A stretch of 64,000 bases of DNA, from NCBI GenBank assembly GCA_028867755.1, contig JAGWFT010000001.1, positions 1,060,727-1,124,726 on the forward strand, written 5' to 3'. This document shows, piece after piece, positions 20,808-30,188 of the stretch. Both the position numbers and the translations under genes were made by a program. The DNA comes from Nitrososphaerota archaeon (GTDB taxonomy: Archaea > Thermoproteota > Nitrososphaeria > Nitrososphaerales > Nitrosopumilaceae). The notes beneath the pieces were generated by a model, which did not search any database, was not told where the DNA came from, and was given only the letters and a program-made list of their open reading frames with translations. Positions within the stretch are counted from its first letter, which is position 1; the number at the start of each line of letters is the position of its first letter.

Positions 20808-20821
20808 TTAGGATAAGCTAA
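20808..20821. promoter_or_regulatory. DtxR/MntR-type operator between the ZIP TATA box and start codon
   Basis: Minus strand TTAGC-TTAT-CCTAA, 3 nt downstream of TTTAAATA (20832-20825). Confidence 0.7.
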
Positions 20822-20883
20822 CTTTATTTAAACCCCAAACTTATTCTAAAAATTTAGAATACCACCACATCTGGTTTAAATAG

Positions 20884-20897
20884 TTAGGCCCACCTAA
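20884..20897. promoter_or_regulatory. DtxR/MntR-type operator upstream of the wHTH regulator
   Basis: TTAGG-CCCA-CCTAA, 1 nt downstream of TTTAAATA (20875-20882). Confidence 0.7.
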
Positions 20898-20908
20898 TTC
20901 AAAAAACA

Positions 20909-21247
20909 TTGAAGAAAAAAATATCATTTGCACAGCTAAGAAAATATGATGTAAGTCAGAAAGTTTTTGAAGCGTTAGCTGATGCACAATCTCGCACAAT
21001 ATTATTTTCTATCATCAAAGAAGGAAAAACTGCAATGGAATTATCAGAAAAACATCGCATCCCATTAAGCTCAGTATACAAAAAAATTACAGATCTGGAA
21101 AATATTGCTCTTGTGAAAGTTGACAAATGGGAGTTATCAGATGGCGGTAAAAGATTCAAAGTTTACAAGAGTAGAATCAGCAAAGCTGAAATCAGTATCA
21201 AAAAACCAGAGCCTGCAATCATTCTAACCCCAAATCAAGATACATAG
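20909..21247 (+). CDS. ArsR-like winged-helix transcription regulator
   Basis: ALADAQSRTIL, KTAMELSEKHRIPLSSVYKKITDLENIALV; TTG start; divergent from the ZIP gene. Confidence 0.8.
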   Translation: MKKKISFAQLRKYDVSQKVFEALADAQSRTILFSIIKEGKTAMELSEKHRIPLSSVYKKITDLENIALVKVDKWELSDGGKRFKVYKSRISKAEISIKKPEPAIILTPNQDT

Positions 21248-21293
21248 AATTTCATATTTGTACTAGTCTTAACAAAATAGCACCAAAGTAGTT

Positions 21294-21977
21294 TTGACAA
21301 ATCCTAATATTGGCATAAAGTTCAGCAAAAACGTGAAAAAGCACTATGTTGTTATACCTATAGCTATAGCAATTGCTGCCGTATCGATATATCTATTCTA
21401 CCCACATGAAGACAGTACTGCCACCAATACAGTATCCGCCCAAACATTGATGGAGAATGGCTCACCCATATTGGGAGACCCTAATGCAAAAATTACCATT
21501 GTAGAGTTTGGAGACTATCAATGTACGTATTGTCATTTATTTCATCAAGATACCAAAGATCAGTTAATTCAAGAATATGTTAATACAGGAAAAGTAAATT
21601 TTGTGTTTCGAGACTTTCCTCTAAATGGTCCTGACTCGGTATTAGCTGCAGAAGCAGCATATTGTGCAAATGACCAAAATAAATATTGGCAATATCATGA
21701 TGAATTATACAATAATTGGGGCGGAGAAAGAACTGGATGGGTTAACCAAAAATCGCTTGATCAGTTTGCAACAAATGTTGGGCTTGATTTAGGCCAATTT
21801 GACAACTGTATGGACGCTAAAAAGTATGAAAGCAAAGTACTAGATAACCAAAAATTTGGTCAAGAGATCGGTATTGATGGAACCCCATCATTCATCATAT
21901 TTAATGACAAAAAGATCACAAGGGTTGTAGGTGCTCAGCCTTTCTCTTTTTTCAAGCAAGTACTAGATAACATCTAA
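21294..21977 (+). CDS. Membrane-anchored DsbA-like thiol oxidoreductase
   Basis: N-terminal TM, IVEFGDYQCTYC, GIDGTPSF (cis-Pro loop), GAQP. Confidence 0.9.
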   Translation: MTNPNIGIKFSKNVKKHYVVIPIAIAIAAVSIYLFYPHEDSTATNTVSAQTLMENGSPILGDPNAKITIVEFGDYQCTYCHLFHQDTKDQLIQEYVNTGKVNFVFRDFPLNGPDSVLAAEAAYCANDQNKYWQYHDELYNNWGGERTGWVNQKSLDQFATNVGLDLGQFDNCMDAKKYESKVLDNQKFGQEIGIDGTPSFIIFNDKKITRVVGAQPFSFFKQVLDNI

Positions 21978-21999
21978 TCTCATCTGGAAAGTAATGTAA

Positions 22000-23274
22000 A
22001 TGGTAAAACCAAAAATCGAAAAACAAGATTCTGTAAAACTATACAGGCTACGAAAAACACTAGAAGAGTTATCTGACAAAAGTGGACGTGGGACAGAATT
22101 AATCTCCCTTTATGCTCCACCAAAAAAAGCTCTTCATGAAATCATAAATGGGTTAAGAGAAGAGCAAGGTACTGCGGACAACATAAAATCAGACCTCACT
22201 CGTACTCATGTGGTTGATGCGTTATCAAGAGTAATCCAGCGTTTAAAATTATACAAAAAAACACCTGATACTGGATTAGTGATGTTCTGCGGTGCTCTCC
22301 CACCAGAGGGCGGAGGGCCTATTGGCAGCGAAGTCATAAAATTATACGAGATAGAGCCTCCAAAAGAACTCCAGACATTTCTTTATCGCTGCGATGATCA
22401 TTTTCACGTAGATATTCTAAAAGACATGCTCAAAGAAGAAAATATGATAGGATTTCTTGCAATAGATGCAAAAGATGCAGGATGGGGCCTGTTACATGGG
22501 GACAAATTGGATGTATTATCTGAAACATCATCAGGTGTTGCAGGCAAACATAGACAAGGCGGACAATCTGCAAGAAGATTTGAGAGATTAAGAGAGATGG
22601 AGCTCAATGACTATTATAACAGAGTAGCACATACAACAAAAGAATATTTCATAGATATCTATCCGATAAAAGGGCTCGTTGTTTCAGGACCTGGCCCAAC
22701 AAAAGAGAATTTTGTAAAAGAAGAATATCTAGAATACAGACTTCAGAATGCAATTATTGCCACACTTGATACGTCATATGCTGGTGCCGAAGGAGTAAGA
22801 GAGGCTTTCTCAAGAGCACAAGATGTACTTACGGACTTTAGAATGGTAGAAGAGAAAAGACTGGTAGAGAAGCTATTTTACGACATACATAACACAAATG
22901 GCCTTGCCACTTATGGTTTGAATGAGATAATAGACCTGCTCAAAAGAAATGTGGTAGATACCATACTGATAACCGATGACACTAATTTACGCAAGATTGA
23001 CATCACATGCAAGAGATGTCAAAATATACAATCAGAGATCCTAGAAAGACCAAAGGTAATATCAAGAATACAGGATCTCTTGAGTAAACCATGTCCTAGC
23101 TGCAAGAGCATGGATCTGGAATCATCAGAAAAGGACATTGTGGATTATTTGGCCTTACTTTCTGGCGAGACAGGAACCAAGATAGAGGTGATATCTGGCA
23201 CTACCGAGCATGGCGCAATGCTATCAAGCATAGGAAAAGTAGGTGCATTTTTGAGATACAATCCAAATCAATAG
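22000..23274 (+). CDS. prf1: Peptide chain release factor aRF1
   Basis: SGRGTELISLY, NIKS, YRCDDHF, GKHRQGGQSARRFER. Confidence 0.96.
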   Translation: MVKPKIEKQDSVKLYRLRKTLEELSDKSGRGTELISLYAPPKKALHEIINGLREEQGTADNIKSDLTRTHVVDALSRVIQRLKLYKKTPDTGLVMFCGALPPEGGGPIGSEVIKLYEIEPPKELQTFLYRCDDHFHVDILKDMLKEENMIGFLAIDAKDAGWGLLHGDKLDVLSETSSGVAGKHRQGGQSARRFERLREMELNDYYNRVAHTTKEYFIDIYPIKGLVVSGPGPTKENFVKEEYLEYRLQNAIIATLDTSYAGAEGVREAFSRAQDVLTDFRMVEEKRLVEKLFYDIHNTNGLATYGLNEIIDLLKRNVVDTILITDDTNLRKIDITCKRCQNIQSEILERPKVISRIQDLLSKPCPSCKSMDLESSEKDIVDYLALLSGETGTKIEVISGTTEHGAMLSSIGKVGAFLRYNPNQ

Positions 23275-23315
23275 TAAAGATTACAAAATTATGTAACTCC
23301 AAGTATCAAATTTTT

Positions 23316-24875
23316 TTATTTTGGAATTGTAAAAATAAATGTGGCCCCCTGACCATACTTACTTTCAAACCATAACTTTCCACCATGGGTTTCTACTATC
23401 CCTTTGCATATAACAAGACCAAGCCCACTACCACTTGACTCTCTAGTAGAAGAAGTATCCGCTTGATAGAATTTTCTAAATATTTTATCCTTGTCCTCAT
23501 CTCTGATACCCCTACCATTATCTTTAACTAAGATTTTGATTTCAGACGGTGAGTCGTTAGCGATAATTTCTATTTTCCCAGTTTGCGGATTACATACATT
23601 CAGGCTATTTTTAATCAGATTTGTTATGACTTGCTTAATTCTTGCATCATCATAACTTACAAAAATATCACTATTTACATGATTTACAAGTGAAATGGTT
23701 TTGTCTGAAGCAACTGTTTTCAATGCATCAACTGATTTTTTCACTGTATCTTTGATGTTATTTTTTTGTTTTATGATTTTTAGCTGACCCAATTCTAATT
23801 TTTGAACATCCAGTATATCGGATATTAGGTTTAACAGAGAACCAGCATTATCTTTTATTATTTGTAGTCTCTCCTTCTGATCATCAGTAAGATGACCTAG
23901 ATGACCGTTAAGCAGGATATCTGCATATCCTTGTATGGGGACTAGTGGCGTTTTCAATTCATGAGTTAACATTACAGCAAATTCATCCTTGGTTTTATCA
24001 GTCTGTAATAATTTTTCATGAACTTGCTCAAGTTGGACTGACTGCTTTTTGATAAAATTAGTCAGTCGTTGATATCTGATAATTAACAATGGTACAGATA
24101 CAAAAAGCAGGAACCCTGAAATAAGAAGAATTTGGCCATATGTATTGCCAGATTCATCAAATGGTGAATCCCAAATTTGATATTTGAGCACATAATAATT
24201 TTGTAAATTATATCCAAAGAGATCTGTATTTTTTTGTATAACTAGTGAGTTTTGTAACTCGTCAGCAGAAAAGAGGACATTACCTTGCTGGATTCGGCCA
24301 TCCTTAACCTCAATTTGGTATAAAGTCCTATTATTATCCTGATTGGACAATATCAACTTGAAATTATTACTAAATATTACAGGGTTTACAAAAGAATCAA
24401 ACGGGACCGAAAGTATGACCGCCTCACTAGGTTGAGAAAGCTGAAACACAGCATTCATTACCTTGACTCCTCCCAATTCTGCAGGATATTGTGCATACAG
24501 CGAGCTTACATTAGAGCCTTCAAATTCTTGATAAGGATAAGATTCAATAATTTTTCCATTATTCTCAACTATGATATTTTTTATTTGTGAGTTTTGTTCA
24601 AGTATTATTCTACTATAATTATCAAATTGTTGGTCACTTACTAATGATGATTGATTATAAAACTCATTTAGAGTAGCTGCAGCTTGTTTGATTTGATTAT
24701 CTTGCTTTGAGATTTCATCCTCTATTACTTTTCTTTCATCTTCTTTATTTTGACTGACAATTTGTGTTTGATAGTTAGTTATCTGATAATTTGTTATCAG
24801 TACAACAGCTAGAATTATAACACCTACTATGATCGGTTGGACATATGTGGTTTTGATTGACTGTGATTTAATAAT
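23316..24875 (-). CDS. Orphan sensor histidine kinase with extracellular CHASE-like domain; frame extends 133 codons upstream of the track start; the canonical start GTG 24891 is 1 nt out of frame
   Basis: H-box THELKTPL, N-box NLIKNS, G1 DNGRGI, F-box FRKFYQ, G2 GSGLGL; the upstream in-frame extension carries a TM helix (PIIVGVIILAVVLI). Confidence 0.8.
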   Translation of the reverse strand: MIKSQSIKTTYVQPIIVGVIILAVVLITNYQITNYQTQIVSQNKEDERKVIEDEISKQDNQIKQAAATLNEFYNQSSLVSDQQFDNYSRIILEQNSQIKNIIVENNGKIIESYPYQEFEGSNVSSLYAQYPAELGGVKVMNAVFQLSQPSEAVILSVPFDSFVNPVIFSNNFKLILSNQDNNRTLYQIEVKDGRIQQGNVLFSADELQNSLVIQKNTDLFGYNLQNYYVLKYQIWDSPFDESGNTYGQILLISGFLLFVSVPLLIIRYQRLTNFIKKQSVQLEQVHEKLLQTDKTKDEFAVMLTHELKTPLVPIQGYADILLNGHLGHLTDDQKERLQIIKDNAGSLLNLISDILDVQKLELGQLKIIKQKNNIKDTVKKSVDALKTVASDKTISLVNHVNSDIFVSYDDARIKQVITNLIKNSLNVCNPQTGKIEIIANDSPSEIKILVKDNGRGIRDEDKDKIFRKFYQADTSSTRESSGSGLGLVICKGIVETHGGKLWFESKYGQGATFIFTIPK

Positions 24876-25171
24876 TTAACTTTGAATCCACAGGATCTTA
24901 AGTATTACTCGTAGTACATCATGATCAGTTACAAAATCAACTCATTTTAGGCTCAGATTATCCAAATTCAGAGACTCTACTAATTCTTTCGAGAACCTCA
25001 GATTATGAAATGCCCTTTTTGTTCTTGTTTAACCTGCTTTATCTTACCCATTATTTCCTATCATATTCTACTCATGCGTGATTTGTACGAGTATCTTTGA
25101 AAGTATATCTAAAATCATTTCAATATGGAGGAGACATTACTATGAGTTGGTCCCTCATCGCAGATTGATAA

Positions 25172-25190
25172 TATCTGTATAGTACAGATA
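25172..25190. promoter_or_regulatory. 8-bp inverted repeat upstream of thioredoxin
   Basis: TATCTGTA-TAG-TACAGATA. Confidence 0.4.
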
Positions 25191-25223
25191 CCTCTAAATA
25201 ATTTACATTTTTCAATTTTACAT

Positions 25224-25544
25224 ATGGAGCACATTGCACCAGAAGAATTTGATTCAAAGATATTAAACAACGGCAAGAAAACGCTTGTTCTGTTTTATGC
25301 TAGCTGGTGCCCTTATTGTGCAAATTTCAAACCTTCTTTTGAATCTGCTAATGTTAACAATGTAGTAAAGGTTGAAGCTCTTGTAGATGAGGATGAGAAT
25401 CCACTTTGGGATAGATTTAACATTCAAGCAGTGCCCACAATGATTGCTTTTGAAAACGGTAAAGTAGTTGCTAGAAAGGATGCAAGAAAACATGTTGGCC
25501 TTACAAGAGAAGACATGGAATCAATAATAAAAGAATTAACTTGA
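25224..25544 (+). CDS. Thioredoxin
   Basis: FYASWCPYC, IQAVPTM. Confidence 0.9.
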   Translation: MEHIAPEEFDSKILNNGKKTLVLFYASWCPYCANFKPSFESANVNNVVKVEALVDEDENPLWDRFNIQAVPTMIAFENGKVVARKDARKHVGLTREDMESIIKELT

Positions 25545-25949
25545 TTTTATAAAACTCTTAATTTTATTAGATAATTCTGCCAATTCCTGATCAGTTACAA
25601 TCATTCTTCTTTTCCATGGATTAATCGTTTTTTCATATCTCGGGATTATATGTACATGAACATGTGGGATTATCTGATTTGCTACTCTACCATTATTTTG
25701 ACCAATGTTAAAGCCATCTGCGCCCGTAGCTTGTAATACTGCTCTTGCCACCAGCGGGACTTTGGCAAATAATGACGACACCCCATCTGTTGGCATGTCA
25801 ATTATTTTTTCATGGTGTTCTCGTGGAATAACAAGCGAGTGTCCAAGCTGTATTGGATATCTGTCCATTATTGCAATATGTGTCCTGTCTTCATAAATCA
25901 CATGCGCTTTTTTTCTTCCCTCAATTATATCACAGAAAATACAGGCCAT
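25536..25949 (-). CDS. HIT-family nucleotide hydrolase
   Basis: CIFCDI, GHSLVIP, histidine triad HVHVH. Confidence 0.92.
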   Translation of the reverse strand: MACIFCDIIEGRKKAHVIYEDRTHIAIMDRYPIQLGHSLVIPREHHEKIIDMPTDGVSSLFAKVPLVARAVLQATGADGFNIGQNNGRVANQIIPHVHVHIIPRYEKTINPWKRRMIVTDQELAELSNKIKSFIKSS

Positions 25950-26212
25950 GAGATTCTCCGTTTCTCCATTTTATTTATAGTATGGGACAGCAGAACAGAA
26001 TTCTTGTAAAATCAGTATCTAAAATTCTGATTTGTGATACATGCCATTTATACTGCATTCAACGTATAAAGCATTACAGGTAAGAGACACAACAAACAAA
26101 ACCAGTTGTCACATAGTTAATTTTGTAGATATGGTATTTTGTGGCATTCTCATAATTTCGATATAAAGTACATATTCAAGACCAAATAAATCATAGGCTA
26201 TAGAAAACGCTT

Positions 26213-26854
26213 ATGTATACGAGAAATCAACCTTCGCTAATGCACAAGCGAATTATTAAAACTTCAAGCGCAGTAGTAGCTGCGCTAGTTCTAACGCTTG
26301 TGGGAGCTAATTCATCTGCTTATGCACTGTCAGGTCATGGTGTATCTTATGCACCATCATTTGGTAGCACATATGCTGGTTCTGCACTAGGTAGTGTACC
26401 ATTATACTACAACGATGGTTTGACCATCAATGGACACACTTACAACATATCCAATTATGTACAAACAATACCAACCAAAACACTCTATGTAGGTTCACCT
26501 GCAACCATAACAGTCAAACTATGGGAATATGGCGGCACATACCAAATTCAAGGTGTTGCACTGTTCCTTAATGTAAGTGGCTATAGTCCAAGCGCTGGAG
26601 ACAGCGATACATGGGTACAATACTCCAAAATAACCGGGGTTACTGTACATGATCCTCATAACATGCTTGGTACAACCACAGCGGATGTCAAATATGACAA
26701 AGCCTTCATGTATGTAACATTCCATATGGTGCCAAGCAAACCAATGAATACGTCATGGATGATTTTTACAGCATGGGATCAGCAATTATCAGTCGGCACT
26801 GCAAAGGTAATCAATGGGGTTAATTTCTCATACGTGCCATTTGCATACCATTAA
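26213..26854 (+). CDS. Exported beta-rich hypothetical protein
   Basis: Signal peptide (AVVAALVLTLVGANSSAYA), then DGLTINGHTYNIS...TLYVGSPATITVKLWE, Ig-like pattern. Confidence 0.7.
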   Translation: MYTRNQPSLMHKRIIKTSSAVVAALVLTLVGANSSAYALSGHGVSYAPSFGSTYAGSALGSVPLYYNDGLTINGHTYNISNYVQTIPTKTLYVGSPATITVKLWEYGGTYQIQGVALFLNVSGYSPSAGDSDTWVQYSKITGVTVHDPHNMLGTTTADVKYDKAFMYVTFHMVPSKPMNTSWMIFTAWDQQLSVGTAKVINGVNFSYVPFAYH

Positions 26855-26984
26855 GTGTTAAACTCCCTCAAGTTTCATAACTTTTTTTGCTATCTTATTT
26901 GGTCAGTACTGGATTAACAATTTAACATAGAACACTATCGTCAGATATAGTTAATTAGGGTAGAATTTTGACGTTTATCGTTAA

Positions 26985-27587
26985 ATGGGCAAAAAAGAAA
27001 GAGAAGTACGAGAACAAGAACGTGAGAGCTTTTACGATAAACGTCAAAAACAGCAATTCAAGTACAAGGCAATTGGAATAGGAGTACTAGTGGGCATAAT
27101 AGCTGTACTTGCAGTTTCAAGTTATAATTTCTATATTTTATCCACTCAGGTGGTTCCACAAGGTATGCCTCCTGGAGCAGGTCATCTTGGAGGTGTCAAC
27201 ATGCGTGCCGGAATGCTAACTATGATTTTTGGCCAACAATTCGATTATTCGTCTCCTGCATACCAGATAAAAAGCAGATATATCGATTTTGAAAAGAGTA
27301 ATGGAGAAACAATACACATGCATGCGGCAAACGTAACCCTTGGTTTCTTGTTTAATTCATTACACATCGGAATAACCGACAAGTGTTTTACATTTCCTGA
27401 CAAGCGTGATTTTTGTACTGATGACAAATACAGTCTCAAGTTCTTTGTAAATCACCGTCAAGTTCAAGACATTACTAATTACGTGATCAAAGATAATGAC
27501 AGAGTTCTGATATCTTATGGCAACGAGAACTCCACACAAATAGATGCACAGTTAGCAAAGCTAGATACTTTTGATATTACGTCCTAA
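26985..27587 (+). CDS. Membrane-anchored thaumarchaeal conserved protein with extracellular beta-grasp-like domain
   Basis: Basic N-terminus, one TM, PAYQIKS, IHMHA..VTLGFLF, CF...FC, NDRVLISYG. Confidence 0.7.
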   Translation: MGKKEREVREQERESFYDKRQKQQFKYKAIGIGVLVGIIAVLAVSSYNFYILSTQVVPQGMPPGAGHLGGVNMRAGMLTMIFGQQFDYSSPAYQIKSRYIDFEKSNGETIHMHAANVTLGFLFNSLHIGITDKCFTFPDKRDFCTDDKYSLKFFVNHRQVQDITNYVIKDNDRVLISYGNENSTQIDAQLAKLDTFDITS

Positions 27588-28396
27588 GACTCGTTTAAAA
27601 TATCTTTTAATGTTTTAAATTCTTCAAGTGTAATCTCGCCTTTGGCCAATCTACTTTTTAGAACCATTAAAGCATAATCGTCTTTGGTTTCATTATCATC
27701 GTGGGATGACAATTCAGATTCTTTATTATCAGTAGTTTCAGAGTCGCATTTCTTCTTTCTTAGGTACAAAATTAACCCTACAATACCAGCTCCACAGATA
27801 GCCATGAGTGGATAAAGAATATTTTTGAAATCATAACTAGTTGAGGATTGTTCTGAATGATACACTGTTGAATTAATTTTTGATACTGTCACGGTATCAG
27901 TAATATTTACACTGTGTTCTACGATGGAATTAGAATGTTGTAAATTAAGCGACTTCAACACAGTATTATTTTCAGCGATATTTTGAGATGTTTGTGAGTT
28001 ATTTTGAGTAGATGTTTGATGATTTACTGGAGAGCCATCAGGAGAAAAGTCAAAAGATATGGTCTTTCCACCAGATTCATCGGTGACAAATGCTGTTGCT
28101 CCATATGTTCCCTTGAGAGAAAACTGGTTTGGATCATTAGTATTAATAATTATGTGGAAGATACCATTTGAATCAGACGCATTACTAGTAATCAGGACAA
28201 GTTTTCCATAAGGATCATGAATTACAAGGTTGACCGATTTTTGAGCATCTGCTTTATCAACAGTTCCTGTAAAATACATGTTCATATACGTAGCATATGA
28301 CGGTCTATCAGTTTGTAATGATTCCACTTCAGCATATGCTGGAATAATAGCTAGAGAAAACACGCACAGTACCAATAATGACACATGGCCAAACAT
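27584..28396 (-). CDS. Exported Ig-like protein with TM helix and cytoplasmic SHOCT domain
   Basis: Signal peptide, TDRPSY..VIHDPYG Ig motif, TM, C-terminal LKSRLAKGEITLEEFKTLK. Confidence 0.75.
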   Translation of the reverse strand: MFGHVSLLVLCVFSLAIIPAYAEVESLQTDRPSYATYMNMYFTGTVDKADAQKSVNLVIHDPYGKLVLITSNASDSNGIFHIIINTNDPNQFSLKGTYGATAFVTDESGGKTISFDFSPDGSPVNHQTSTQNNSQTSQNIAENNTVLKSLNLQHSNSIVEHSVNITDTVTVSKINSTVYHSEQSSTSYDFKNILYPLMAICGAGIVGLILYLRKKKCDSETTDNKESELSSHDDNETKDDYALMVLKSRLAKGEITLEEFKTLKDILNES

Positions 28397-28497
28397 CTCT
28401 GTTATTCCAATACTGGAAATTATTAAAAATACGTAGAATTGTGAAGAAGTGTTAATTAAATGAGAAATAGTTGACTAATCTCTTGGTCAGAACACGT

Positions 28498-28516
28498 CTT
28501 GTAAAGAAATTACAAG
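28498..28516. promoter_or_regulatory. 7-bp inverted repeat upstream of the NDH-2-like gene
   Basis: CTTGTAA-AGAAA-TTACAAG. Confidence 0.35.
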
Positions 28517-28633
28517 TAGTTTGTTCATCTCAATGGAGCTATGTGTCTAGTTCTTGTAGTTATGGTATTCTAATATCATGTATCCTATTTACAAAATATA
28601 TGACAAGAGCGACTAAATCTGTAGTGATATACA

Positions 28634-30016
28634 ATGATACGCAAAATTAGTCCAAAAGCATCTCGCAAGACGATGGTCTTAATACTTGGAGGAGGGTTTG
28701 CAGGAAGTAACGTACTGCGGGAGATTCAAAATAAGTTTAACAATGATGCTGAAGTAACTCTGATCAGTCAAGATAATTTTTTCCTTTTTACACCAATGTT
28801 GCCCGAGGTTTCTTCTGGAATGCTTCATCCAAGTGATATTTCCACTCCAATCAGAACTTTTTGTAAGACTGCAAATTTTTGCCATGCAAGAGTTCTTTCA
28901 ATTAACCTAGAAAGTAAAACAGTTACAGTGATTAGAATATTTGATCAAAAAGAGACTACGCTTGAATATGATTATATGGTTCTTGCCATGGGAAGCAAGG
29001 ATAACTTTTTTGGAAATGCCAACATTGAGGAATTTGCGTTTACAATAAAGACATTAGAAGATGCCATTGCAATAAGAAACCATATAATTAGCGTACTTGA
29101 ATGCGCAGACCAAGAAAGGGATAGCATACTGCAGGAACAACTTTTACGGTTTGTTGTAGTTGGAGGAGGGTTTGCTGGAGTAGAGATTGCAACAGAGATA
29201 AATCATTTCTTGCATGATGCTGCAAAAAACTTTTATAAAAATATAGATTTAAAAAAAATACAGACGATAATAGTTTCAGCAAGAAACGGAATCCTACCAG
29301 AAGTTGGAGAAGATCTTGGCAACTTTGCACTAGACTATGTAAAAAAGTCTGGAATCGAGGTAATAACAAATACAAAAGCAGTAGACGCGGGAGAAGACCA
29401 CATATTGCTCAGTGATAACACACTCATTCCATGTGCTACTATGATATGGGCTGGCGGTGTCATAGTAGATCCACTAGTATCATCACTCAAATGCGAGCAT
29501 GGCGCCTCAGGTCGTGTGATAGTTGATCAATATCTAAGACTCAAAGAACATCCAAACATATTTGCACTCGGGGATTGTGTACACTTGGTAGATCATCATA
29601 CCGGTTCAGTTTATCCCACTACAGCTCAAATTGCAATAAGACAAGCTAAAATTGTATCAGAGAATCTTGCTGCCAAGATATATGGTCAAGAGAATGCGAT
29701 GAAAATTTTTGACTATCAAAACAAAGGAGTCATGGCCACAATTGGAAAATGCACTGGTGTGGCATTAATTAATGGAAGAAAAGTTTTTGGATTACAAGCT
29801 TGGTTATTGTGGCGATTATTTTACTGGTTAAACCTACCTACAAATGAGAAGAAAGTAAAAGTTGCTTTTGATTGGCTTCTTCATGCCGTATTTAGGTCAG
29901 ACATAATGACAGTAGGGTTTATCAAGAAAAAGACTCTGACAAGACTTGAAACTCCAATCTATTCAGTTCTAGAAAGAAGCCAAGAAGAGTCTTTTGATAA
30001 CACGTCTTACCTATAA
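28634..30016 (+). CDS. Type II NAD(P)H:quinone oxidoreductase-like flavoprotein
   Basis: Two Rossmann motifs (LGGGFAG; VVGGGFAGVE), FLFTPMLPEV, IFALGDC, AQIAIRQ, WLLWRLFY. Confidence 0.85.
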   Translation: MIRKISPKASRKTMVLILGGGFAGSNVLREIQNKFNNDAEVTLISQDNFFLFTPMLPEVSSGMLHPSDISTPIRTFCKTANFCHARVLSINLESKTVTVIRIFDQKETTLEYDYMVLAMGSKDNFFGNANIEEFAFTIKTLEDAIAIRNHIISVLECADQERDSILQEQLLRFVVVGGGFAGVEIATEINHFLHDAAKNFYKNIDLKKIQTIIVSARNGILPEVGEDLGNFALDYVKKSGIEVITNTKAVDAGEDHILLSDNTLIPCATMIWAGGVIVDPLVSSLKCEHGASGRVIVDQYLRLKEHPNIFALGDCVHLVDHHTGSVYPTTAQIAIRQAKIVSENLAAKIYGQENAMKIFDYQNKGVMATIGKCTGVALINGRKVFGLQAWLLWRLFYWLNLPTNEKKVKVAFDWLLHAVFRSDIMTVGFIKKKTLTRLETPIYSVLERSQEESFDNTSYL

Positions 30017-30188
30017 GACATAAAATTTCAGATATTGCCAGATATTATTAGGAATAATGTTATGTATGTCTGAGATATATTCTAGAAATTTACTAAAAAT
30101 AGAGACTGGATTTAAATCGTATCATAAAGGCTGTTTTTAGTTTGAAATGGCAAAGTACAAAATGCTCTACTTACTTTAAAAAATCAAG

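Noticed and set aside
24930-25050. Possible AbrB-like remnant (MGKIKQVKQEQKGHFII*...KELVESLNL)
   Set aside because: Needs a stop readthrough and a frameshift; similarity is only impressionistic
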